From NCBI GenBank assembly GCA_018398765.1, contig JAHBMJ010000369.1, positions 1 through 49,384 of the forward strand: DNA of 49,384 nucleotides. The letters are read 5' to 3'. Both the position numbers and the translations under genes were made by a program. Under the pieces are notes generated by a model. The model did not search any database, was not told the DNA's origin, and was given only the letters and a program-made list of their open reading frames with translations. Below, piece by piece: positions 24,237 to 36,033 of the stretch (the first letter of the stretch is position 1; every line of letters starts with the position of its first letter). Source of the DNA: Chromera velia (lineage: Eukaryota).

Positions 24237-25306
24237 CTAATGAAAGACTTCAGAGTGAAAGACTGACGAAAGACTTGAATGATGGCCTGTTGTATAGACT
24301 GAAAGACTAGCGAAAGACTCAAAAACTATCAAAAACATCCATACAAGTCTTCCAGAAGCATCAGAGAAATCCATCTGACCTCAAATCGACCCCAGACCGC
24401 GCCCGCACCCTCAATCAAGACCCTAAGAATCAAGAACCTTCCCAAACTTGCAAAAAAGACTTAAATAAACCCTCAAACCTCTTATCTGAGCAGCTACATA
24501 CAACTCTAGAACAACTGATTATACCTTATACAATTTTGTTATATTATTCTAAACGAATCGCGTCAGAGTAGTACATGTACAGAATAACAGAAGGATAAAA
24601 AGAAGGCGGACATGCTAGGAACAGATCTAAAATGCATCCCCCCCGAGGCTTAAACGATGTATTTGTATTTGACAATCTATACGAAACCGATTTGGCCAAA
24701 CGTTTGGTTGCTATTTAGATTGGGCCTCTGATGCAGATATTCGATTTTCACTTATAAATTTAAGAAAGTTTCAAAGAAACAAACAAAGAAAGAAAGTTGG
24801 CCTGAGTTTTCGTTGTTTAAGGCTTTTCAGTGTGGGCCTTAGATTTGAATCAAAAATGAGAAAAGACTTTTAAATTCATACTTTACTGCTTTAGTTGCTT
24901 TTCAAAAGTTAGTACGGAAAAGTTTTTCAATTAAATGGCAATCTAGATGGCAATTTAATTCAGGGATCTCTTTCCCTAATTTCATGGTGCAGGCAAACAC
25001 AACCCCTTTCTAATGACAATTCCAGTCGTACATGCACTCTGCAATGATTGTGCCTTGACAAAGTCAGAAGAAGAATGACAGTCCCGCTTAAAGTTCCCGA
25101 ATTCCCTTTCTTTCTCTTTACAATCTTACCTTGTCTCACTGTCGATGTTGCGACGTGGAGAACAGGGTACTCGCTTGTGGCTTTTCCGGCCATGCATCAA
25201 GCAGGTAGGAAAGTATGTGGAGAGAGAACGAAGAAGAGTGGGGCTGTCAATGCAGATATTAGATAGTCCGCATTGCTCCTACTCAGGTGCAGCGAAATTT
25301 CCTCGT

Positions 25307-28300
25307 TCAGTCACCAGGTACAGCGACGCTTCCCTTCCTGCTGCTGCCCAGCATGTCCTCTTTGTCCCCTGTCTGATCCCGTGCCCCCTTCTTTCTTCCA
25401 GCCCCTGCCGTCGAGGAGGCGTGCATGCGGAGGAACCGGGGGGGGAGCACGTTCTTGAACGCGTCCTCGGAGTAGTTGATGGACCCGCGGGACCGCCCTG
25501 CGGCCCCTGCTGTTGCACCGGCGGCTGCGGGGGACTGCAGGGAGCGAGAAAGAGAGGGGGAAAGGGAGGCAGTGGGGCGAGGAAAAGAGGAGATGTCTTC
25601 TTGTACCTTTTTGCTATCAATGCGTTGCAAACCGTTTGTCTTTCTGTCTCGCTGCCTGACTGCCTGTCTGTCTGTCTGTTTATCCGTCCGCCTGTCTGTC
25701 TGTCTGTCTGTCTGCTTTTCTATTGTGTGTGACTTTCTCCATGTCTCCATCAATCCAGCTGCTACCCCCCTGACCTGCGGAGATGCGCCGTCCTCGTCGT
25801 CTCCCTGTCTTGCAACCGCCCACTTTGGTCGGAATATTTTCTTCACCAGCTCCCCTCTTGCCTCTCTCTGCACATCAGTGACCGTCTGGCCCTCTACAAT
25901 GATCTCCTCCATATACTTCCGCTCTTCCACCAACATTCGCATCAGAGCAGCACCACCAACCAAACGAGCTAGGTCCGCAGGCATGCTGACGGAACGGAAA
26001 ACGTCCCCCCCCTCCCCGCCACTGCCTCTCTGCGGGAACCTAGGAGAGTACCCCCCTGCACTGTCCTCCGAATCGTACCCCGAGCCTGCCTGGGGCACCA
26101 CCGACTTCCAGCCAGTGAAGGCAGCTTTGGAAAGAGAGGCAGAAACCGGCCTCGTGTTTACTGGGGGGAGCGAAATATTCCGCTGGTTGGATGGTGACCC
26201 CCCTATTCGCGTGGGCATTGATGACTCTGCAATCTCTCTGAGATGCTCTGAGCGGAGTCGGGGGAACACACACAGACCTGTGCGTGCGTCAAGTTCGAGT
26301 GGGATTTCAGCTTGGATGGGTGTGGCTGCTCTCTTGTCCTTCTTTTGCTTCTGCATTGAAAGTGCAGCTGCAAAATCATCCGGCGGCCTTCCCTTTGCAC
26401 CAGAAGGACTCTTCTCTGCCCCCTCCCCCCCCTTTGTTGGTTTGGACGAAGTGCTCCCTGTAGCCATGAGTGTGGCTCTGAGTCTGGTCTCAAGTTTCTC
26501 TTCCGATCCCATACGGGGGCCTCTGGGAGTGTAATTGAAGTGCAAACGGTTGAATTGATTCCATGCGGCAGAGGGCCAAGTGACAAGATCAAGACCTCCA
26601 GGGTCCTTTCCCTTCGCGGCCCCACTGCTGGTGGCACTGTACTGGGCACTCATGATGGATTGTCTTGCCCCCCCACTGACTACCGACTGTCGGCCCCCCC
26701 CTGTGAGAATTGACTGTCTGCCCGTCAGAATCGAAGTTCGGCCTCCGCCCCCCGTTTGCTGCATGGAAGAACTGTCAGGCAGCATCAGCAACGGCTTCCC
26801 CTCTCCCCTCGCACTGGCACTGGCAGATGCTGCACTGCCGCTTTGCTGGCTCTTCTGGCTCTTGTGCTCAGAACCCGAGGCGCTGGCTGTGGCATGCGAC
26901 ACCGTGGCTGTGTGCGCTCCTGGTGCAGAGGGTGCACCACTGTCTGAGGAGAGAAATGCAGGTCCCCGGGTCATCGTTCCTCCGGGAGTTCTCAGCCTTT
27001 CCTCTCTCTCCGTCTGCCTCTGGCGCTCCCTCTCCCCCCTGAAGGTGCAAAGGATCTCTTGGGCCCGTATGCGGTCCTGCAAAATAGAGGGGGGTAGGGG
27101 TAATGAATTAATCAAAAGTATTTATTCATATAAATGACACACACTATGAAAATCCTGTGAGACTGCCTTAACACCAGTGATCGACTCTCTCTGAAGACAC
27201 ACACAATCTTTGAGGTGCCACATTCGTGCCAAGAAACGATCGATATGGCATGACAGGGTGAGGCAGAGGTGGGAAGGAAGAGAAAGGCGTTGCAAGCTCT
27301 CAAATGACGAGACAAACTCGACATGGCACGCATGTCAATACAGGCTGATGGACATCCAGGAAGGAGCCTCATCTTTTTTTTTTTCGCACGAAAAAAAAAG
27401 AAACTCCAGCTGGGCCCCGTACACATCTTCTCTCTCTGTGGCAGACAGACCTGAGTCCATATGTCGTCTGCACATGCACGCCGTGTGTGGGGTTGCAGAG
27501 GGATGGAATGGATCATTTTTGGAGTTCTGGTACCGGAGGGGGAGGACGCCTCACTTCTTCCTTCGTTTGCTTGTGTCCTTTCTTTCTCTTCAACATCTGT
27601 TTTTCCCCGCTCTGTCTTCATCTGTTGTTCTTCTGTATTTCCTGTCAAGTGACGATCTACGACTTCGGTTGAAGGGAGTGCCATCGGAGGTTTGTGTCTT
27701 CGGATGGCTCTAAAGTTTCTCTGCTTTGGTTTTTCGTACCCTCTGACTCCCGGTACTTTATGTATTCTGTTTGTATAGTCCCCTGCTCCCTTTCCCCTCT
27801 GGTCTTTCCCCCGCTTCCTCCGGCCCCCGCTCTCTGCCGATGCCGAAGAGGAAGCGTCAGACTCGGGAATCCCCTCCAGACCAGCAGCATCAGAAGAAGC
27901 CAGACTCGCCCTCTCTCTCGGGAACGCCTGCATGAATGAATGAATGAATGAATGAATGAAGAGGAAGAGGCATGTGTGGAGGGAGCACATGTGAGAAGAA
28001 AAGAACCAAAAAGAAGAAAGGGCACGAGAAGAATCAGGGGGGGACAGTACATAAAGAAAATGAAGGACCGACAAATGCCATAATTCATAAAGAAAAGTGA
28101 CTATCGAAAGGTATGGACACAAAAAAAACGATCCAGGAGATCTGAACAAACTTCTGTAGTTCAGGCACACTCCCACATGCAAATATAGAAACATGCCCAG
28201 TCGGCTCCCCTGTGCGGCTCCTTGTCCGTCCTTGTCGATGCGCACGCATGCATGCATGCATCGGTTGTTCATCAGAAGCGTGTCCCTGTTTGCTTTTTTT

Positions 28301-29068
28301 TCGTTTTGACTGACCGGATTGTGTGTTGTTGTTGGTGTTTTTGGCTTCTCGACCTCTGTTGGTTCTTCCATCTGGTCCTCCTGGGCTTCTCCTCCTAGTT
28401 TGAGGCTGTCTTTCGATTTTCCCTTCTCGAGTCTTTTGTCTTTTCCCTCTCGAGACGATCCAGTGCCCCCGTCTTCTCCCAATAACAATTTGTCTCTCGA
28501 CTTCCCTCTCTCCAACAAACTCTCTTTGGACTTTCCCTTCTCCAACCCTCTCTCCTGCTGCCTCACTCTCTGAGAGGAATCACCCTGTGGAAGGGGAAGG
28601 TGCGCCTGCCATCTGTCGGAGCTCTTACTGTTTTCTCCCTGTGGGGTTGCAGGGGAAGAGGAAGGAAGGGATTTTTTCGAGTGGGAACGGTCAAGGGGAG
28701 AGGCACGCACGGAACCCCCACCTAGGCCTCCATGGGGAGGGGGGCTCGCCACCATGCCGACGTCTGCGCACTCCACAGAGAGGGGGGGCAATCGAGGTGC
28801 GAGCTCCTCCTTGCACTTGAACTCAGGCATCACCTCGGTGTCACCTGATGACTCAGAACTCCTGCACTCAAACAAACAAACAAACAAAGAGTCAAACAAC
28901 AATGCAGGCAAGCGGGCAGCCCGTGAAGAAATAATCAGCACAATCCATATGCAGGGTGCAGATGCACGTCTGTGTGCGGCCCTTTACAGTTGTGGCCGCA
29001 ATGTGATGCTCTCAACTTGTTTAACGAAAGCAAAGGAAGTTACAACGGTGTCTAGACAGCAGAAAAGG

Positions 29069-29112
<44 letters not shown>

Positions 29113-29130
29113 CAGACAGAGAGAGAGAGG

Positions 29131-29186
<56 letters not shown>

Positions 29187-32100
29187 GAGAGAGAGACCGA
29201 GGGCAACCAGGAAAAAAGTGGACACAAAGGGTCTGTGCCTGTCTGTCTGTCTGTCTGTCTGTCTGTGTGTCTGTCAGCTTTTCTCGAGAAACTCACAGAG
29301 AGATGGCGTCTCCCTCGACCCTCCCTGCTGTGGCCTCCGATTGTGACGAGAAGAGTTTCCTTCTGCTGAGCCCGTTCTCCTTATCCTTCTCGTCCTCTTC
29401 TCTCCAAAGGTCTCCGTTCTCTTCAAAGGACTCCTGTAAATCGTCCAAAGAAAAACGGCCAGGGGAAGGGAACGTTTCTTCCTCCTCTTCGCCGTCTTCT
29501 TCCTCTCCCTCGTTTTCCTTCTTCTGACTTGCTCTCTTCTTCTTGCTTGACGGACGGGACGCCGCTCTAGACGAAGACGGAGACCCTCCAGCGGAGATAC
29601 AAGCGTCTAGCCTCGCCCCAAAGTTTGCCCGTCTCTTCTGTCGCTTCAAATCCTCTAGAGCGCGGACGTCTGCCAAGGCCTCCCCGGTCCCTCTGCCCTT
29701 GCCCCGAGAGACGGGACCGATGAGCGTGTAGGGGCGTCTGTCTGGAGACATATGCCGACCGCCTGCACACATGTATACGAATAAACACGCAAAAAAAGAA
29801 GAGGATTCTGTGTTTTTCGGCCTGAATGTGGGTCCTGCTAATGAGAGTTCTCATAGAAACCATCTCACGAAAACAAAATCACGACTGCTAGAGAGATCTT
29901 CTTTCTCTTTCCGCTTTCTGCACCAGTTTTTCAGAAAAAAAAAACCTTCCTTCCGTCGTTCCTTTCTTTCTTCTCTCTCTTTTTGATGATGTGACAGAAA
30001 TACACGAAGGTCTCTCCAGTCAACCTGCTGACTTACACCTGGAGCCCGATTGTTCCCCCTCCTCTGAACCCTCCTGGAGTGCTTCTTCTTCAGCAACGTC
30101 ATCATCTTCCCTCTCTCCCTCCCCTTCTGCTTCTGCTTCTGCTTCAACAGCCTCGGGGGGGGGCAGACGAGGAGAAGCGGGCAGAGACGCCTCATTGGCA
30201 GAATCGGGGGAGGCCGCGCCCAATTTCTTTGCCGCCATCTGCCGCCCCCTTGCACGTGACCACACACGCTCAAGAGGAGGCGGCTGGAATCCCTCAAGCT
30301 CCTGCTCGTAGTGGTCCCTCCTGCTCTTGACCAGAGCCCGTCTCTGGTCAGCCATCGCGGACTCTATTGCAGCCAGCTCCATGGAGGCAGTCCTCCACAG
30401 CCTCCTTTTATGGACTGTGTCGGGGGGCGGGGGAGGTTGAGCGATAGAACCCCCCGAAGGTCCGGGGAAACCGCTATCGTTATCATCCTGCCCAGCTACT
30501 GAGTCAGAAAGAGAACGCTCAGCGAGGAACCACGCGGGGGGGGCACCGTGAAAGAGCGACATGGAGACGGGGAACCTTCGCGCAGAGCTGTCCCCATCGA
30601 GGATGTTACTGGTTGACGCTCTGGGCTTCAAGGAGACGGCGCGGGAGTACTGTTGCCTTAACGGAAAGTTGGCACTCTTCAACGCGCGCATTCCGCGCTC
30701 TCCATTGGAGCTTTCGGGGGGATTGGAAAGAAAAGGAGAAGAGGCGAGAGATGAAATCGACGAACTCTCAGAGATGCCCTCTGGGAGGCCAATCAAAGGA
30801 CGCAAACATGCCCTTTCCTCCTTTGTGACCTTTTTGGCTGCAACTCGAATGACCGCCCTCTCCAGCATTCTTCTGTATTTCTCCGAAAGATAGGGATCTT
30901 CAGAAACGGTCAACATGGGATTCGGAGCTGTGACAGCTTTTCCCTCTTCCTCTTCTGTCTCTTTTTTCTGTGACTGCAGAGCGTGAGTGTGTGCGATTCG
31001 TTGCGCTCTCAACGCCTCTGCCCTTGCCGTCTCTGCAGGAATGTCCTTCCAGAAAAAGTCACACGACCCAACACCACCCACCACGTCCACTTTCGATGAT
31101 CTGCGCGCCACCGCCGAAGCGTCACCCACAGTGGTACCCCAGTCCGCCGACCCCTTCCGACTTTGGTATTGGTTCCTGGCAAATGCCTGCGCGACTGTCC
31201 CCCCTGTCCCCTGGGACGAGGGCTTATCCCCCAGTCCCGTTGTTTCCGCATTCGAGGTCAGACCTGCGGACCCCGGAAGGATGCCGTCCGAGGGGAACGG
31301 GTCGGAAGACGGCCTGTTTGACGCGGCCGTGTGCTCACTCACTGCGCAGGTGTTGCGGCACCAGGCGCGCCGTCGTTCCAGAAAACCGCTGCAGAAACGG
31401 AAAGTCACAAAAGAGAGAGAGATTGAAACAAATTTCAGTCATTGTACTTCACTTGGTTGTTCAAACGTCCTTCCAATCAGCCCACCCTATGAAACAGTCG
31501 TCACTTGCGAACTGGTTCTCATGAAAGGAAAGGGATTCAAAGAGCAATTGATTTAATTTGTCATTCAGGAACATGAAACGTCAGCCAACTTGCCTCTCTG
31601 TCTGATGAACGCAGATGAACCCCAGTGGTCCAACCTCTCCAACGCGTGTCACATCTTTTCAAGCACGTTCGACTGGCTGACTGACTGACTGACTGACTGA
31701 CTGACTGACTGTTTGAGAAAGTATCGCCAATTTCTCTGGATTGCAACGCAAGCGGCCCATGCCTGCACACAGAGGCGGAAGTCGATCGGGGGAAAGAGGC
31801 GGATTCCTCAACTTGCTCTAGCAGGGAGGGTCTGCCTCCGACTTGCCAAAGTTGAAAAGGAGAGGCTAGAGCAGTCCGTATCCGAGAGAAAGAGTGCAGT
31901 CAGTAGAATGAAAATAGCGATCAGGAGAGAATTTTTTTCCCTTCTACCTCTTTCACAAGATAGACACACCGAGGAATCAAGTGAGATACCGCCAAAGGAG
32001 CACACAGGCTGTTTTGAAATAGACAGCTCAACAGGCAGACAGACAGACAGACAGGCGCACCTGAAGTTTTGGCATGGCCGCCACCATTTTTGCACACCTG

Positions 32101-35100
32101 GCCGACTGTTCGAGTTTGTCGATTTGAAGCCTGCAGGTGAGCATGTGAAGGGGGGAATTGAGAAGAGAGGAGAGTAAGGGAAGAATGATCATTCATTTGA
32201 CTACGCTGTATTCCTCCACTCTGCCAATTAATTTGATTCTCGTTTCTGTTTCATGATTTTTCTATAGATAGATCCATCCGCCTGCCTGCCCATGCATCTG
32301 ATTTGAAATAAACAGGCTTCTGGACCCATGACTTATTTCTTCTGCCAAACTGACCTGACACAATAGGCCTTCCACCCTGCCTGAATCTGCGTTGCGGCCA
32401 GGTTTCGTTCCCAGTGGAGGGAGTTGAGCTGCACATGCATGGACATAGTGGAGGGCAGAGGGAAGAAGATGGATTGGAGCTGCCAGGTTGGTTTGCTTTG
32501 CTTCAACTTTTTTTGTCGCGGTGAGAGATGATGTTGCAGGTGTGCCTTTTGTTCTTCCTCCATGCACTTCGATCAGAGTTTCTTCCTTCCCCGTTTTGTG
32601 GTTTTGCTTTAGAAGATGTACTACAGACCGAAACAAAGAAGGTCGAAAGGTGGCCTCTCCCTCCGACGCAGGTCTTCAGCATAAATAAAAATCTGTCATC
32701 CTTCTCTTTTCCCTCTTCTCCATGAATATAGAAGCACACGATTCTTCCCTTCCCCCCATTTCACGAACCGTTGCAGGCGTTGCATCATAAAGTTTATTGA
32801 CATTCGGGAGTTCTGCCTCCTTCAGGCGGTTGGCGCTGCTCCTCCACCGATAAGAGCGGAAGTGCCCCTGAATGGCTAAGGCTGCCTCATTAGCTCTTGC
32901 CAGTTCTGCGGCCTGCAAAGACACAGACAGACGAGAAAAGACGTACATACAGTCACACGCACGGAGAGATTGGAGGCGGTGAAACCGCTGTCGCATGCCT
33001 TGTCGACGTAGAAGGCTGTCCTTCGACCAGTTTTTCACTAAACGAATAAACATAGGAGCAGGCAAAAGCGCGAGACGGGGAGAAAAAAGACAGCGTGTGG
33101 ATCAAAGAAAAGCTGCATTTCCATACAGAAAAACTCAAATTCGCGTTCTTGGTGTGTCTCTGACGAAGCAGCAGCCAGCCCCCTCACAGGCCATTCCTTT
33201 CGCATGCATGAGACTGACCAGGCCCCTGTTGTCATCCGTCTGGAAATCTTTTGTATATCCTGCAGACAGACAGACAGACAGACAAGAGAGCAATGAAATT
33301 GAGGCAGGGGGTTGGTAGAGTAGCCAGGAATTCAGAAAAGAAGGCAGGCAGGCAAATGGCCGAATCAGTGCTGCCTTCCCAGTCTTCTGGTTTCAGTTTC
33401 AATTTACGCAACGTGGTATCCGGGCTGGGTGCAGAGTTTCGTGATTTGGTTTCGGCTGCAATGGCTGTCTGATTCACCCAGTCACTCACTCACTTACTGC
33501 CTATCTGACCTAAGGTGTCTGAGCCTGATAGGCTCACTGATTGACTTTTGCCTGCCTGACTCTCTGACTGCCAGACTGACGTGTGAGTATCTTCATGATC
33601 AGCCCAAATCTGTAGTTGATCTCCAGAAAAGGGTTGCTCCAGACGGACTTCCCTGTCACCCTGTTGTACCAGTAGGGTTCCTGAATACCCGCCAGGGAGG
33701 CGCCTGAAGGGGTCTCGTTGCTGTCGGGTCTTCTGTCCTTGTCTCTCTCCAAACTCCAACCTGAGAGGGCAATACGTCAATCAACCAATCAATCAATCAA
33801 GCAATGAATCAATCAAACAGGGCACACAAAAACTGACAGAAAAAAGGAATCAGTGAATGGCTGTGGTAGGGGAATATGAGGAAAGGAATGGGGGGGGCAG
33901 GAGATGGCTTTAGAGGAAGAACAGCTCTCTCTCAGTTGGCATACTGAAGACTCACGAAAGGCAAGATTGGATCAAGGGCTGACATACTGTCTGGCAGGCA
34001 GTGGGTCTGCAATCGCGCCTGATAGCCGAAACGAAATGCCGAAGGTTTGTGAATTTCAGTCAGGATGTGCGCGTCTGTTTGTGTATAACAGAAAGAGACT
34101 CTCCTAGTATTCCCTGCACCCCTTTGACCTTTCTCTCGCAAATTCTTCAATGGCGTCGTCTCCTTTTCTTTTTCCTTCTCATCTTCAGCAAAGCGGAGCC
34201 CTACCCTCTTCCCCTCTCCCCTAACGCCCCTCCCCCCCACTGGCGGTGCCGGTGTCCCTCCGTCCTCAAACAATCCGGTCGTCGCACTCTTCAGTGGCGT
34301 CCCTCTCGTAGTGTTATTCGAGCTTCCCGTCTTGTCTCCAGACCCCGCGCTCTGCCTCCACTTGGCCGCATCAAACGGCCCCTCCCATGACCTTCCTTCC
34401 AAGTGAGCCTGGTGCGCTATCCTTCGCGTGTAGGATCGGAGGATTTCCAGGACCGCAGCCGAAGAACGATTTCTGTACGGGAAGGGTGCACAGATGCAGA
34501 TTATTCGTGGCTTGCGTATGTGGAGACTTTGTTTCTGCATGACATGTGTCCACTGCGCTTTGTCCCCCGCGAGCAAACAGGCCAGATTGAGGCACGGAAA
34601 CACAGGCAAGTGCATTCACAGGCAAAGAACCACGTCGAGCATGACGCAAGCACCAATACAGCCGATTGACTGACTCACCCTCGGAGTGACCGAAAGAATT
34701 CGATCACGGGATCCAAAAAACCAGCGCAGGGGTGTCTCCAAGTCGTTTCTCTAGTGACCACATTGTGGAAATATGGAAGACCTGTGGACTCGTCACTCAG
34801 CTCTAACCAGTCGGGCCGCATGCCCCTGCACAGAGTGGACACACATGCAAAGAAGTGGACACACAAACAGACAAACGAATTAAGTAGACGGAATGGAAAC
34901 ATGTTCTGTGCGAGTTGGAAGATTTGGGTGGTGCACAGATCCAGCGATGACCAAGAGTCAAGCGACCACGTACTCTCGCGAATCTCTTCACAAACTTCCT
35001 TTGAGTCTGAACTTAATGGGATCTACTCATGCTGAAGGGGTACATGGGCACAAATACATTGAAAATGCATGCATAAATTCTGGGAAACTGACTCTGCTAC

Positions 35101-35334
35101 GACTTCTTCTGCTATCCAGAAGATGTCCGCGTCCACGTTTGGAGAGATGTCCAGAAGCTTCCCCACCATCCGGATGGCAATTCCAGTCGCATCCTCGGGA
35201 GAAGGGGGAGCGGGTGAGGGCGGGGTCACCTGTCGAGAGGGGTCACTCGACATTTTCCCCCCCGAAGAGATCTGCCGCCCCCCTGGGTCACCCGTGGATG
35301 GGCGGGGGGCCACGCTGCTTGTTGCCTCACTCAT
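25307..35334 (-). CDS. Large (~2,000 aa) multi-exon protein: CEP164-like N-terminal WW module, second WW-like motif, about 3 IQ motifs, long low-complexity C-terminus
   Basis: Phase-consistent exons 35334-35093, 34825-34679, 34472-34129, 33760-33581, [small unresolved exons 33500-33000], 32912-32769, 32428-32355, 32130-32061, 31762-31710, 31388-30037, 29762-29297, 28861-28315, 27927-27451, 27076-25307. Motifs DIFWIAEE..EGMRPDW...PYFHNVVTRETTWRHP, PYWYNRVTGKSVWSNP, IQGHFRSY, IQAGWKAY and IQRNWRYF. Confidence 0.72.
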
Positions 35335-36033
35335 CAATCAATCGGTGTATCAAATAGGACGACATTGGGCTGATCAGCTGAGCACACCCATCATGGATTG
35401 AGCTGGGTAGTCTCTTGTGTTAGATGGGTTCATGAGTGCAGGGAGACAGATGGGAAAGTGATCTGCTTGACTTGGAACGAAGGTCACTTGAAAGGTAGCC
35501 GAAGATTGGAGAGAGTAGCGGCTGAGTACTGCCCTGAAACTTGAAGTAGGCATTAACACGGGCCACCTTCCCGGTTCTGAAAGGCACGAATTCTGCTTTG
35601 ATCATCTTGCAGACTTCTTTTTACTTGCAATTAAGTCGATCGATGCATGCATGCATATATATGGAGATTGCGTTTTTCGCATGCATGCAGGGCTTCAAGA
35701 ATTGGCGCGCGCGTGCTTTGCGCGCGGGGCGCAAGAAAATTGGTATAAGCCGCTAGTCGAGCCAATCCGAGCCAACAAAAAAAAACGGCCGCGCGAAAAG
35801 TCGACTTACTAGCTGTACTGCTACTGAACCCACTCTGTCCTGCAAGGCTGGAATCGCCAATACTTGCTGTCCACGAAGGTTTCCAGTTTGACGGGAAACC
35901 TTTCAAGTGATCCCACTGTGCTCGCGATTGCGCGTGAAAATTGTGCTTTTCGGTCGTCACTATTCTGCTGAGAAAACGGTGCGGTGGGGGTGACGCAGAG
36001 AAGTTCCTCTCTTTTGCAAACAAACGGAAGAGG
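35335..36033. promoter_or_regulatory. Putative bidirectional promoter between the WW/IQ gene and LeuRS
   Basis: ~700-bp head-to-head spacer with TGCATGCA repeats (~35644-35655, ~35680) and GCGCGCG runs (~35705-35725). Confidence 0.5.

Noticed and set aside
24242..24319. CRISPR-like array (also considered for 22596-22754 and 49086-49384)
   Set aside because: Repeats are too short, too few or lack unique spacers; no cas genes; eukaryotic context.
31590..31709. 37-nt intron made only of (GTCA)8GCCAG plus an extra exon
   Set aside because: The extra exon's end is out of phase with the next exon, whereas direct splicing from 31710 to 31388 is in frame.
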